A stretch of DNA of 64,000 nucleotides from an uncultured delta proteobacterium (GTDB lineage Bacteria; Desulfobacterota; Binatia; UBA9968), in assembly GCA_963745835.1 (NCBI GenBank), contig CAVUZH010000013.1, forward strand, positions 576,001-640,000, given 5' to 3'. A program made the translations under genes and the position numbers. Shown here one piece after another: positions 10,028 through 20,219 of the stretch (positions within the stretch are counted from its first letter, which is position 1; every line of letters begins with the position of its first letter). The notes beneath the pieces are model-generated. The model was not told the DNA's origin, ran no database searches, and was given only the letters and a program-made list of their open reading frames with translations.

Positions 10028-11023
10028 ATGAACGATCAGGAAACAATAGGCGGCACCAAAGCGGCAGTCCACGAACTCATTGCCAGCCCTAACAACGTGC
10101 ATTGGGGGTACTTCAGCGCTGCACTCCGGCCGGCACTGACAATCGATCCGGGTGAGATCGTTGTCATTGAGGATGTCCCCCGAGTGGATCCGCAAATCGT
10201 TGAGCGGTCCGGGGTGGTACCTGTAGCCGATATTACGCCCAATCACCGTCTGATTTATAAGGAAGTAAACGACCGAGGTCCTGGACCGCACATCATGGTT
10301 GGTCCGGTTTACATAAACTCAGCTGAGCCTTGGGATGTTCTTGAGGTCCGCATTCTCGATGTCCGCCTCGCCTACAGCTATGGCTATAACACCCAGCGTC
10401 CGTACCAGGCGACCTTGCCGGAAGAGTTTCCGCGATTCTGGCAGCGAATCATCCCGATCGATCAGAAAGAACGTACGGCTAAGGTCGCTAAAGACGTCGT
10501 GGTTCCACTATCTCCTTTTTTCGGCACGATGGGGGTTGCGCCGCCCGCAAGTATGGGGCGGATCACGACGGTCCTTCCCGGGGTACACACTGGAAATATT
10601 GACAACAAGGACGTGGGCGCAAACACAGTTCTCTATATGCCGATCCATGTTCACGGTGCCCTGTTTTCCGCGGGGGACGGTCACGCGAATCAAGGGCATG
10701 GTGAGGTTGATGGAACGGCCATCGAGACAGGCTTGCGCGGCCGTTTCCAGTTCTTTGTTCGAAAAGATATGAGACTTAAGTGGCCACGAGCGGAGACGTC
10801 TACCCACTGGATCGTTATGGGACTACATGAAGAATTAGATCAAGCGATGAAGATGGCAGTTCATGAGACTATTGATTTCATTGTCAGTCGGTTTCCTCAT
10901 TTAACACCCGAGGAGAGCTACATGATTGCCAGCATTGCAGTCGATTACCACGTGACCCAAGTAGTCGACGGCAGGAAGGGCGTGCATGGAATGATTCCCA
11001 AGTCCATCTTTATCAAAACGTGA
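10028..11023 (+). CDS. Acetamidase/formamidase family protein
   Basis: Motifs VHWGYF, GPHIMVGPVYI, GNIDNK, GDGHANQGHGEVDGTAIE, QVVDGRKGVH. Confidence 0.92.
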   Translation: MNDQETIGGTKAAVHELIASPNNVHWGYFSAALRPALTIDPGEIVVIEDVPRVDPQIVERSGVVPVADITPNHRLIYKEVNDRGPGPHIMVGPVYINSAEPWDVLEVRILDVRLAYSYGYNTQRPYQATLPEEFPRFWQRIIPIDQKERTAKVAKDVVVPLSPFFGTMGVAPPASMGRITTVLPGVHTGNIDNKDVGANTVLYMPIHVHGALFSAGDGHANQGHGEVDGTAIETGLRGRFQFFVRKDMRLKWPRAETSTHWIVMGLHEELDQAMKMAVHETIDFIVSRFPHLTPEESYMIASIAVDYHVTQVVDGRKGVHGMIPKSIFIKT

Positions 11024-11062
11024 AGGTGATCGTCCTAGTGTTTCCCGAGCTTCGCACGGCAT

Positions 11063-11215
11063 TTTTACGGCTAGAATTGGATCCATAAGATTCACCCAAT
11101 CAAGTTTGGATTTTGGATTCCGCCTGGATCAGCGCTGAAATCTAAAAATCACTTCGCGATGCGCAGCTTTGAATCCCCGTTCGCTCTTCACCTTTCGCAA
11201 GTTCAAATTGCCTGC
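11063..11215. repeat. ~150-bp dispersed direct repeat, copy 1, with an internal GATTTTGGATT/AATCTAAAAATC hairpin
   Basis: Aligns by eye with 16426-16585 (CCATAAG.TTCACCCAATCAA..GATCAGCGCTGAAATCTAAAAATCACTTCGC.ATGCGCAGCTTTGAATC). Confidence 0.85.
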
Positions 11216-11247
11216 CATGGTCCGACCCTATGACCTGCTAGAGTAAA

Positions 11248-13275
11248 TCACAGAAGCCTTCGTTTCACGCGCCGATTCCATGCCCACGTGAAAAAAATCT
11301 CATCACCTTCATACGCTGCCAGCTCACCTTGCAGCACGAAATCGTCGGCAGTCGAAGAGAAACGAGTATGCGTCTCGATGCGAGTTTTCCATGGGCCACG
11401 GCTAAACCAGGTTTTCAGAATAATCTCTGCCTGGGCCCCGTCCGGATCCACTTCGCTAATACGGAAACGCTTGAGCATTGTGTGGCCAATCTCCAGGTCG
11501 ATGGCATTGATGCGCACGAGCTTCGGACTGTTCAAATCGACATTAGTGGAGATCGTGTACACGGTCTCATCGGTTGCGCGGTTTCGCTCAATAATGCGCT
11601 TTAGGGCGGCCGGCCGAAGCTCGGTTACTTCTGCCGCCGCGCGCTCCGGCGCTGCGAAGCGCCGCAGCGCAGCGTCATTTGGATCCGGCGGCCGCACTGG
11701 AAGATCGACAAAACTGTTGCCGGTAAAAAGGCTCAATGTAACGGGCTGCGGCGCCGGCCACGCGATAGGCCAGTAGCACGTAGAAACGGCCAGGCGAATT
11801 TTGTGCCCTTCGGGAAATGCGTGAGCGATATCGTTCAGCGTCACGCTTACGACGTAGCGCTTGCCCGGCTCCAAAGCGAGCGGCTGCTCGTGGTTCTCGC
11901 GATGCGTCAAATTCAACAGCCCATAGGTTATACGGTCGGAGGCGCCGTCAGGGGCGACGTCGTTCAAACGAACAGCGATGAGAGCCACGGGTCGGTCTGC
12001 GGCAAACTCCAACGTCACGATGGGAGCGCCGAAAATTTCTATCCTGTCCCGGAGAGTCTCTGAGTCGAACGTCAATGAACAACCATCGTCGCCGCGCTGG
12101 TCCGGCGGCGCTTCGCCCGGCGCACCAAACCCGCACCATTCACCGGCATCGAGGCCGGTGGTTTGCGGCGAGCGCAATTCCAATTGAGTTTCGTCAAGCG
12201 CCGCATCGCTTAGGCGATCGGCATTGAGCCATAATCGTTTGGGCTTTATGCGCGGCGAGGGCCACTGAGCTTCCGCCACCCATCGGCCCGGTCGATGTTT
12301 ATGAAACGGCTTCGGCGCGACACTCTCCTGCATCCAGACACGCAGCATCGGCTCTGCCATAATCCCCGTATCGGCGCGTTTCAACCAGTGGTCCCACCAG
12401 CGTAGCGCCTCCTGCAGAAAGCCGATGGCCGGCCCTGGCACGCCGTCGTGCGGATAGAGATGGGCCCAAGGTCCGATGAGACCTTTGCGTGGCACCTTGA
12501 GCCCCGCGAGGAGGCGCGAAATCGCGTTGCTGTACGCATCGGACCAGCCGCCGATCGCGTAGACCGGACAGGCGATCGCTTCGTAGTCTTCACAGACCGA
12601 TCCGTGCTTCCAGTACTCATCTCTGTGTGAATGCTCGAGCCAAATCTCCGGAAAGAACACCGCGTGTTCAAGACGATCGCGCCACATGTCGCGCCAACGT
12701 TCTCCGACGAGCTCAGGATCAGGCGGACACGCATTGTAGCTCATCAGCACCGAGCCCCAGGTGAGGTTTTCATTCAAAAGGCAACCACCCATGTAATGAA
12801 CGTCATCGAGATAACGATCGTCGGTGGAACAGACGGTAATAATCGCCTTGAGCGCGGGCGGACGCCGTGCCGCCACTTGCAAAGCATTGAAGCCGCCCCA
12901 GGATTTGCCCATCATGCCCACGGCGCCGCTGCACCAGGCTTGTTGCGCGATCCAGCGGATCACTTCCAGAGCGTCGTCGTGCTCCTGCTGCAAATATTCA
13001 TCGAGCAAGATGCCGTCCGAATCGCCGGAGCCTCTGAGATCCACGCGCACCGCGGCGTATCCATGACCTGCGAAATAGTGGTGCATGGGTTCGTCGCGTG
13101 CGCGCGTAAAGTCACGCTTGCGATAAGGGATGTATTCCAAAATCGCAGGCACGGGAAAGATCTCCGCGTCTGCGGGCAGCCAGATACGAGCGGCTAGACG
13201 GCAGCCGTCGGCCATTGAGATCCAGCAGTTTTCAATGACCCGGACTGTGCAAGGAAATTGATCGATAACTTTCAT
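11248..13275 (-). CDS. CocE/NonD family hydrolase (peptidase S15)
   Basis: Motifs EYIPYRK, VDLRGSGDSDG, GKSWGG (nucleophile), GPWAH, and a C-terminal PepX-type domain. Confidence 0.93.
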   Translation of the reverse strand: MKVIDQFPCTVRVIENCWISMADGCRLAARIWLPADAEIFPVPAILEYIPYRKRDFTRARDEPMHHYFAGHGYAAVRVDLRGSGDSDGILLDEYLQQEHDDALEVIRWIAQQAWCSGAVGMMGKSWGGFNALQVAARRPPALKAIITVCSTDDRYLDDVHYMGGCLLNENLTWGSVLMSYNACPPDPELVGERWRDMWRDRLEHAVFFPEIWLEHSHRDEYWKHGSVCEDYEAIACPVYAIGGWSDAYSNAISRLLAGLKVPRKGLIGPWAHLYPHDGVPGPAIGFLQEALRWWDHWLKRADTGIMAEPMLRVWMQESVAPKPFHKHRPGRWVAEAQWPSPRIKPKRLWLNADRLSDAALDETQLELRSPQTTGLDAGEWCGFGAPGEAPPDQRGDDGCSLTFDSETLRDRIEIFGAPIVTLEFAADRPVALIAVRLNDVAPDGASDRITYGLLNLTHRENHEQPLALEPGKRYVVSVTLNDIAHAFPEGHKIRLAVSTCYWPIAWPAPQPVTLSLFTGNSFVDLPVRPPDPNDAALRRFAAPERAAAEVTELRPAALKRIIERNRATDETVYTISTNVDLNSPKLVRINAIDLEIGHTMLKRFRISEVDPDGAQAEIILKTWFSRGPWKTRIETHTRFSSTADDFVLQGELAAYEGDEIFFTWAWNRRVKRRLL

Positions 13276-13538
13276 GCCGGCGACCTTTGCGGCCCATTAT
13301 ACTAGCCGGGATGATTTCGGATAAGGGAGTCTGTTCAACGTTAAAGGTTCAAGGTTCAATCGCACAGGTTCAGGTGAGGAAGATGGGTTGGCGTTCCAGG
13401 AAAGATGCGCCTGCTACTAGGTCCTGCTGAAAATCTTCAAGGCGGCACAAGAAGGCAGTACGGCTAAAACACGGCTGTGGCAGCGACTGAGAGCGACTCG
13501 GGTTCTTGCTGAACCTCCTCTACGACGAGACAAATGGT

Positions 13539-14502
13539 TCAAAGTTCGCGCGAGGCTCCATTGACATCTCGAATCATGAAGAGTGAACCTTGAACAGCGC
13601 CATTTTGGAACAGCGCCGCGAGGCGCTCCCGGACTTTCAAACCTATCTCGAGGTTCCAGCAGTTGACAACGGCGAGTCTGAAGCCACCCGGCGGCATCGA
13701 GTGGAGTTCCGGCGCTTTGTCTTCGTGAAACGTAATCTGGATGCTGGAAATGCCCGGCCAGGTGAGAAATTCGTCGACATAATCTTGCCCGGGCTTTTGA
13801 TAGCGCGGGCCGTGGGCGCCGAACAATACGACGCTGTAACCGGTCCGCCGCGCGTCATCGCGATAGTGCCAGGAACCAATGCTGTAGAGATCCACCACCG
13901 CATCGAGCCAACCCGGCGCCATACAAGTCGGGCCACTGGTCGGCGAAGCGCAGGTGTGCCTCGATAATCTTTGTGCCGATGGTCTCGACGTTCACACAGC
14001 CCGTATATCCTTTTAAGTGGCGGCGCAGCCACTCGCCGCAATACGCTTCGATTTCCGGCCGCGCTTCCTTGAGAATCTTCCAGTGATCAAACATGCCTTG
14101 ATCGAGAGTTCTGCCGACGGTGTGACGCCACCATACCGCCTCGCCGTCGATGACAGCGGCGTCCGTGCTCACATGCTCGCCGCTAAGAAGCGGCATCGAC
14201 ATATGCCCGGGTTGGATCGCGGCGCGGAACTGCTGGGCCGATTCGATAATTTTGCCGCCACAACCCATACCGCGCATGTTGTAGATCGGCTTGCTGAACA
14301 CCGGAAACTGGCGCGGCATAATGTCATGCGGCGCGCTGTCTAATTTTTGTGTGTCGCAGATGAGCAGCTTGTTGTAGATCCAACGATGCTGCGGATAACG
14401 CTGGTAGGCCAACTCATCGTCGGTCGGAATGACCACGTCATCGGGACAAGAAACGTCCGTGAAATACTGCGTGCGCCATGGATCTGCTTCCACAATCGGC
14501 AT
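13539..14502 (-). CDS. ATP-grasp-like hypothetical protein with one frameshift near 13913
   Basis: The 13855-14502 ORF (FPVFSKPIYNMRGMG, GEHVSTD, GCVNVETIGTKIIEAHLR) joins the 13539-13922 ORF as YGAG/WLDAVVDLY if one G is removed. Confidence 0.6.
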
Positions 14503-14939
14503 TGAAACTCCAATGGTATAATCAATCGCGCAGCGGCAAGAGTTTCCTTCCGGTCAGGGTCGCTATACAATTTTGCCTCACCAGTACGACAACTTTGTTC
14601 TGTCCACGCACGTTGTTGTCGGCTCGGTTGAGCGCGGGCCGAGGACAATTTCATCAAACCAGCAATAAAAACCTGAAAAGATCTTGAGGTTTAAGTCTTT
14701 AGCTCGCCACTGTCACAAACATTTTTGCCGCTGAGACTTACCTAGTTAGCAAAGGGAGGACCAGCGGGCTTTTTCCGGTCCGTGAAGCGTTGGGTGGGTT
14801 TCTAGACCGAGGTATTCACGAGATTTCGCCGCGAGTTTTCCTGGGAACATGAATAATCGGCGAAGCATGGAAGATTGCGGCCTAGCGATTTAACGGAAGG
14901 TTGAAGACGCGTTCCATGCCACGGCCAATCCCGCCGCCG

Positions 14940-15234
14940 ATCAACTGTCTGTGACTTTAACCAAAAGATGGACGTGCTTGGATGTGACGATATAATTCAC
15001 CGATAACCGAAGTGCTTTTTCACTTCGAAAACCCAATACAAGTATGGGCGACGATCGCAGCTTCCGAATAGGTGGGTAAAGTTAGATTCTTATCTTAATT
15101 AAACGTCTTAAACCGAGCAGAGCGATTGAACGACTGGAAAGGTTGGAACATTTGGAACGACTGGAACTGTCTTCTGCATCGGTGAGTGATATGCCAAACA
15201 CAGCCAGGGAGAAAATGAGGTTTGCTCGCGGCAT
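14940..15234 (-). pseudogene. Fragmented Y1 transposase N-terminus split by a GGAAC/GTTCC repeat tract
   Basis: Minus strand reads MPRAN(fs)HFLPGCVWHITHRC from 15234. After the repeat tract it continues DRRPYLYWVFEVKKHFG..NYIVTSKHVHLLVK (HUH motif). Confidence 0.7.
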
Positions 15235-15441
15235 TGGTTTTTCTTAGATAGAGAAACCTTTCGGCCTTAAAGCCGACTTTTAAGCGCCCAGACGATGCCT
15301 TTTATGTTATCTTACATCGGTAAACATAAAGTGAGGTTCGAGCGTGAGGATAATACGAGCGGAATTTGTGATCGCGATCCTTGTTCGGCGATGACGAGCC
15401 TCAATCATTTCTCTCATAGATCTGTAAGCTCAGAGGAAGCG

Positions 15442-16272
15442 ATGTTGAAAAATTTGACTAATGGCTTGCGCTATGGGGTCCTTGCAGTTTTGTTGGTTGT
15501 TATTTATTTGTCGGGCTGTTTCTCGTACGGGGTACCACCGCCACCTCCGCCGGAGCCACCGCAACCATCTGGGACTCTGCTGAAATCTCAATTCCGCATT
15601 GGAATTTCACCCGACTATATGCCGTTGGCTTACAAAGACCCGAGATTTGGGATTGTCGGCGTCGAAGTAGACTTTGCAAATCAGCTTGGGAAAGAACTCG
15701 GAAAAAATATAGTTTTTGTGGAAACTCCATTCGCTGAATTGATCGATGCCCTGGTCGCAGAGAAAGTCGACATCATTATGTCTGGAATGTCGATTACACG
15801 TGAAAGAGCAGAGCGGGTAAATTTCTCAGATCCTTACGTCACGATAGGCCAGATGGCACTGGCACGTACCAAAGATCGTTCAAAGTTTCGTGATGTCCAA
15901 TCGTTCTCTAGCGTTACAGTTAAAGTAGGGTTCGTCCGAACGACCACGGGCGAAATGGCAGCCAAGGCATTCTTTGGAAGCGCGAGTCTCGTGCCTCAGT
16001 CAACCGTCGATGACGGAGTTGCAGCACTGCGCAAGGGGGAAATAGATGTCTTCCTCCACGACGCTCCTACGGTCTGGCGGATTGCCGGCAATCCCAACGA
16101 AAAGGAGCTTACGGGTTTGTACTGGCTTCTCACCAAAGAGCCACTCGCGTGGGCGGTGAGAAAAAGCGATGAGCCGTTACTGTTTACGCTCAATCGTCAG
16201 GTTCAGCAGTGGCAGGCAAGTGGTTTTGCAAAACAAACTTTGTCTCGATGGATACCGATAACAATTTGGTAA
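15442..16272 (+). CDS. Amino-acid ABC transporter substrate-binding lipoprotein (family 3)
   Basis: Lipobox LSGC, a proline-rich linker, GVEVDFA and DIIMSGMSITRERAERVNFSDPY. Confidence 0.9.
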   Translation: MLKNLTNGLRYGVLAVLLVVIYLSGCFSYGVPPPPPPEPPQPSGTLLKSQFRIGISPDYMPLAYKDPRFGIVGVEVDFANQLGKELGKNIVFVETPFAELIDALVAEKVDIIMSGMSITRERAERVNFSDPYVTIGQMALARTKDRSKFRDVQSFSSVTVKVGFVRTTTGEMAAKAFFGSASLVPQSTVDDGVAALRKGEIDVFLHDAPTVWRIAGNPNEKELTGLYWLLTKEPLAWAVRKSDEPLLFTLNRQVQQWQASGFAKQTLSRWIPITIW

Positions 16273-16425
16273 AACAACGGCTTGGGCGGACATGCTGCTG
16301 GTCATCGGCGATCCGATGAGAGATATTACTTTGCTCGAGGGGGTCAAACATCGGACAAAGCTAAGTTGCGGTAAGTTCAGGATTCTCGTTCCAAAACGGA
16401 GTGCTTCCGAAACTTAGGCCTTCAC

Positions 16426-16585
16426 TTTTACGGTTAAAATTGGGCCCATAAGTTTCACCCAATCAATTTTGGATTTTCGATTTTTGGGTTCTGCCTCGAT
16501 CAGCGCTGAAATCTAAAAATCACTTCGCAATGCGCAGCTTTGAATCTGAGTTCGCTCTTACCTTTGCACAAAGTTCAAGTTGCCG
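16426..16585. repeat. ~150-bp dispersed direct repeat, copy 2
   Basis: Homologous to 11063-11215, same orientation. Confidence 0.85.
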
Positions 16586-16699
16586 ACCGCGATCGCTTCC
16601 GACTAACAACGGTTGTTCAAACCGTTCTAGCCGTTCGCTAGCTCAGTTCAAATCGTTCCAAGAAAGAATTCGGGAATTCTCGAGTGCGAACGCCGCGAC

Positions 16700-17075
16700 A
16701 ACGGCTTCTGCGATGCGCTTATTGAAAATCGGTGACACCGGTAAATCCGCATATGGACTTAACTCCTGGAGATTAATAATTCTGTAGCGCTCTGACGGAC
16801 TATTTATTTCTCGATGACCGCTGTGTGTCCAATCCAAGGGATGCGTAACCACTTGGGCGCCAGCCATGTTCAATCGATATAAACAAGACAAGAGTGGACG
16901 TGCTCGTTAGCCTCGATGGCCGTCGCATGATAGCGGTCTTTTCAGAATACGCTGTGGCGTCCTTTGCGCTGATTATATTCTTGGCCACTACGGCCAGCGA
17001 TCAGCGGCATCGTATCGGCGATAACCTTTGGACCGGTGTCTCCAATCACAAGGTGAACGTGGTTGCACGTCGTCA
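16700..17075 (-). pseudogene. Y1 transposase internal fragment
   Basis: Minus strand reads NHVHLVIGDTG..EYNQRKGR..F*KDRYHATAIE..CLVYID..VVTHPLDWTHSG..RYRIINL, with stops and frameshifts. Confidence 0.72.
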
Positions 17076-17112
17076 GAATCAAAGGCAAAGGCTGTAACGA
17101 GAACAGCTTCAG

Positions 17113-17691
17113 TTACGGTGCTAGCAGCCTAATCCTCCAACCATCAGCTTGGCGCGTGTAAAGTTCGCGGTCATGTAAACGGTCAGGCTGTTCTCGCCAG
17201 AACTCGATGCGTTCGGCCAACAACCGATAGCCCGACCAGTACGGCGGACGCGGTACTGTCTGGTCTTTGTATTTGGCGGCGAAAGACGCAGCCGCGGCGA
17301 TAAGTTCCTCGCGCGACGAGAGCTCGCTGCTCTGGCGCGATGCCCAGGCTCCGATCTGACTACCGAGCGGACGGCTGGCGAAATACTCGTCGGATTGTCG
17401 CTCGCTGACGAGCTCGACCGCACCCTCGAAGCGAACTTGCTGTCGCAGTTGCGGCCACCAGAAACAGGCCGATGCCCGCGGGTTATCGTTCATCTGGCGC
17501 GCCTTGCGGCTCTCCAGGTTCGTGTAGAAAACAAGCCCGCGATCGTCGACATCTTTTAACAGCAACATGCGCACGGTGGGTTGCAGGTCTTTACCCGTCG
17601 TGGCGAAAGCCGCCGCGTTATAGGGCACGATGCCGAGTTGCGCGGCTTGGGCTAACAATTCTTTAAAGCGGAGGATAGGGTCGCTATTCAT
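17113..17691 (-). CDS. pdxH: Pyridoxamine 5'-phosphate oxidase
   Basis: Motifs RMLLLK, FYTNLESRK, YFASRPLGSQIGAWASRQS, RPPYWSGY, IEFW..DRLHDR, LAP. Confidence 0.95.
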   Translation of the reverse strand: MNSDPILRFKELLAQAAQLGIVPYNAAAFATTGKDLQPTVRMLLLKDVDDRGLVFYTNLESRKARQMNDNPRASACFWWPQLRQQVRFEGAVELVSERQSDEYFASRPLGSQIGAWASRQSSELSSREELIAAAASFAAKYKDQTVPRPPYWSGYRLLAERIEFWREQPDRLHDRELYTRQADGWRIRLLAP

Positions 17692-17942
17692 TCCGTTTCC
17701 TCGATCCTTGGTCTAATTCGTGCCTCGGCCAGAATTCACAATAGTCACTAGGTCCTTCGCCTTTGCTCATGTTTGCCGCTTCATCCAAATGCTTGCCGAC
17801 GTGAGACCCATGAAGGATATCGCCGCGTCAATCTCCAACCGGGCCGCACCGAGAAATGCCAATAGGCGTCGAAGCAGAAGCCGATGAAGGCATTTTTCCG
17901 TTGCACCTTGCATGGGACTTAAGTCCTCGATGATGGCGGCAG

Positions 17943-20205
17943 TTATCTGATTTCGCGCGCGCCCCTAACGCTTTTCATCGCATCGTAAACCGCCTCGGCG
18001 CTCAACGGTAAATTCGGTAATTTGTTTGCCGATGGCGTCGTAAAGCGCGTTGGCAATGCACGGTGCGGTTGGCACCGCGCTGTGTTCGCCTATCGGTTTG
18101 CTATGAAACGGTCCGGGGCCGTCTTGATCTTGGAACAGCAGAGTTTCAAGTGGCGGCACATCGGCGGCGCACGGAATTTTGTATTCGCCCAGGTTGGGCG
18201 TGATGATTTTGCCTTCGTCGTCGCGCAGATTTTCCATCAGCGCGAAGCCTAGGCCCTGCATCATGCCGCCTTCGACCTGCCCTTGATAAGTGAGCGGATT
18301 GATCACCGTGCCGGTGTCATGAGCGGAAAGCATTTTGAGAATTTTTACTTTGCCGGTCTCCGGATCGACTTTGATCTTCGCCGCCTGGGCGAAAAAACAG
18401 GCGGTGCCACCGCGCTCTTGGATTTGAAAATTCGCTTTGACCTGGAGCTTTCGTCCGGCCGAGACGGCGCGTGCAGCTAACTCGGCAAAAGAGATTTTTT
18501 GTTTGGCGCCGTTACGGAGAACACCTTTACCAATCCGCAGTCTCTCGACCGGGCAGCCAAAAATTTCTGCGGCCTCAACGTGAAGCAGATCGCGCAAACC
18601 GCCGGCGGCTTTTTGGCTTGCTTGACCCGCAAGATAAGTCACCCGGCTGGCGGCGACGGCGACATCGGTTGGGAAATGGTCCGTGGTGCCCATGACAATT
18701 TCAATATCGCCGGCGGCAACGCTAAGCGTCTCGGCGGCGATTTGGCGGAAAATCGTGTGGGAGCCGGTGCCGGTGTCGGGAACGGTGGTGACCAGATAAA
18801 CTCGGCCATCGTCTTTCAGGCCAATCTCGATGTTGGCTTCGCCGATGCCGATCTCGCGGATGCAAAACGCCAGCCCTTGACCGACGTAAGGTCGCCTCTT
18901 TCTCGCGCCGTTCCAGCCGATTTTCGCCGCAACCCGTTTGAGCAGTTGGCGCGCCTTATCGTCTTCGAGCCGCACACCATAAGGCAGTAGGTCGCCGCGC
19001 TTGAGCAGGTTGCGGTAGCGGAATTCGATCGGGTCCATTTTGATTTGCGCGGCAAGAAAATCGGTGTGGCTTTCAACCGCGAACAGCATCTGAGCTTCAC
19101 CGGGGGCGCGCATGATGCCGCTCGGAACGCAATTGGTGTAAACCGACAAGGCGTCGATCTTGAGATGAGGAATGAAGTAAGGGCCGGCGCCGTGGCGCGC
19201 GCCCGGTAGATTCACGTTCTCGCTGTTTTTAAATCCGGCGTAAGCGCCGCTGTTGAAGATCACTCCGACTTCCCTGGCCCAAAGTCTGCCGTCGCGCTTG
19301 AGGCCAGTTTTGATCGTGATCAGCGCCGGGTGGCGCGGGTTGGCGGCGGTCAATTCTTCACTATAGCTCATGATCATCTTGACCGGCCGGCCGGTGGCTT
19401 TGGCCAGCGAGTAGCAGAGCGGAATGTCCATGAGCGAAGCTTTACCGCCGAAGTCGCCGCCCACCGGGCTGATCTGGAAGCAGATTTCTTCTTCCGGCAA
19501 ATCGAGCCATTCGGCGAGATGCGATCGAGTAACGTAAGGACCCTTGGCAGGACACCAGACGATGATCCGCCCCGACGCTTCGATATCGACGACCACGGCG
19601 TGGGGCTCGAGATAGCCGTGATGCACGCGCGGCGTGGTGAAGGTCTGTTCAAAAATCAGCTCGGACTCTTGAAATCCTTGCGCGACGTCGCCGAAGACCG
19701 ACTGAACGCGAGAATGAACGTTGGGAATATCGGGCAGCGGCAATCGGAGAATTTCGTAACTGCCCAAGTTCGGATGCAGAAGCGGCGCCTTGGCAGCCAT
19801 GGCTTCGATCGGGTCATGGACCGATTGCATTTCTTCGTAATCGACGACAATCCGGCTGAGCGACTCTTCGGCGATCTCAGGCGTTTGCGCCGCGACCACC
19901 GCCACCCGCTCACCAATGAAACGCACGGTTTGCTGCGCCAGCACCGGCATGTCCTTCAATCTTCGGCCGACCAAGCGGCGCGGCAAGTCGGCGGCGGTGA
20001 GAACGGCAAAGACGCCTGGGATTTTTTTCGCCGCGGCAGTATCGATGCTGCGAATGCGCGCATGGGCATAGGGGCTGCGCAGGCATTTACCCCAGATCAT
20101 GCCGGGCCGTTGGATATCCGCGGCGTAGCGCATGGCGCCGGATACTTTCGCCTGCCCGTCGAGACGGGTTGCTGATCTGCCGATTTGGGTGAGCGGCTGT
20201 GCCAT
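17943..20205 (-). CDS. Xanthine dehydrogenase family molybdopterin-binding large subunit; probable 1-nt frameshift near 18011
   Basis: Motifs LRSPYAHARI, GYLEPH, VGGDFGGK, GQVEGG, KPIGE. The canonical ITELPLSAE C-terminus is restored by removing one T, giving a stop at 17943. Confidence 0.92.
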
Positions 20206-20219
20206 CGTCAACGCCGTTT

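Noticed and set aside
19330-20175. 281-aa plus-strand ORF and similar long antisense ORFs across the window
   Set aside because: These are shadow ORFs produced by high-GC codon bias opposite well-supported genes.
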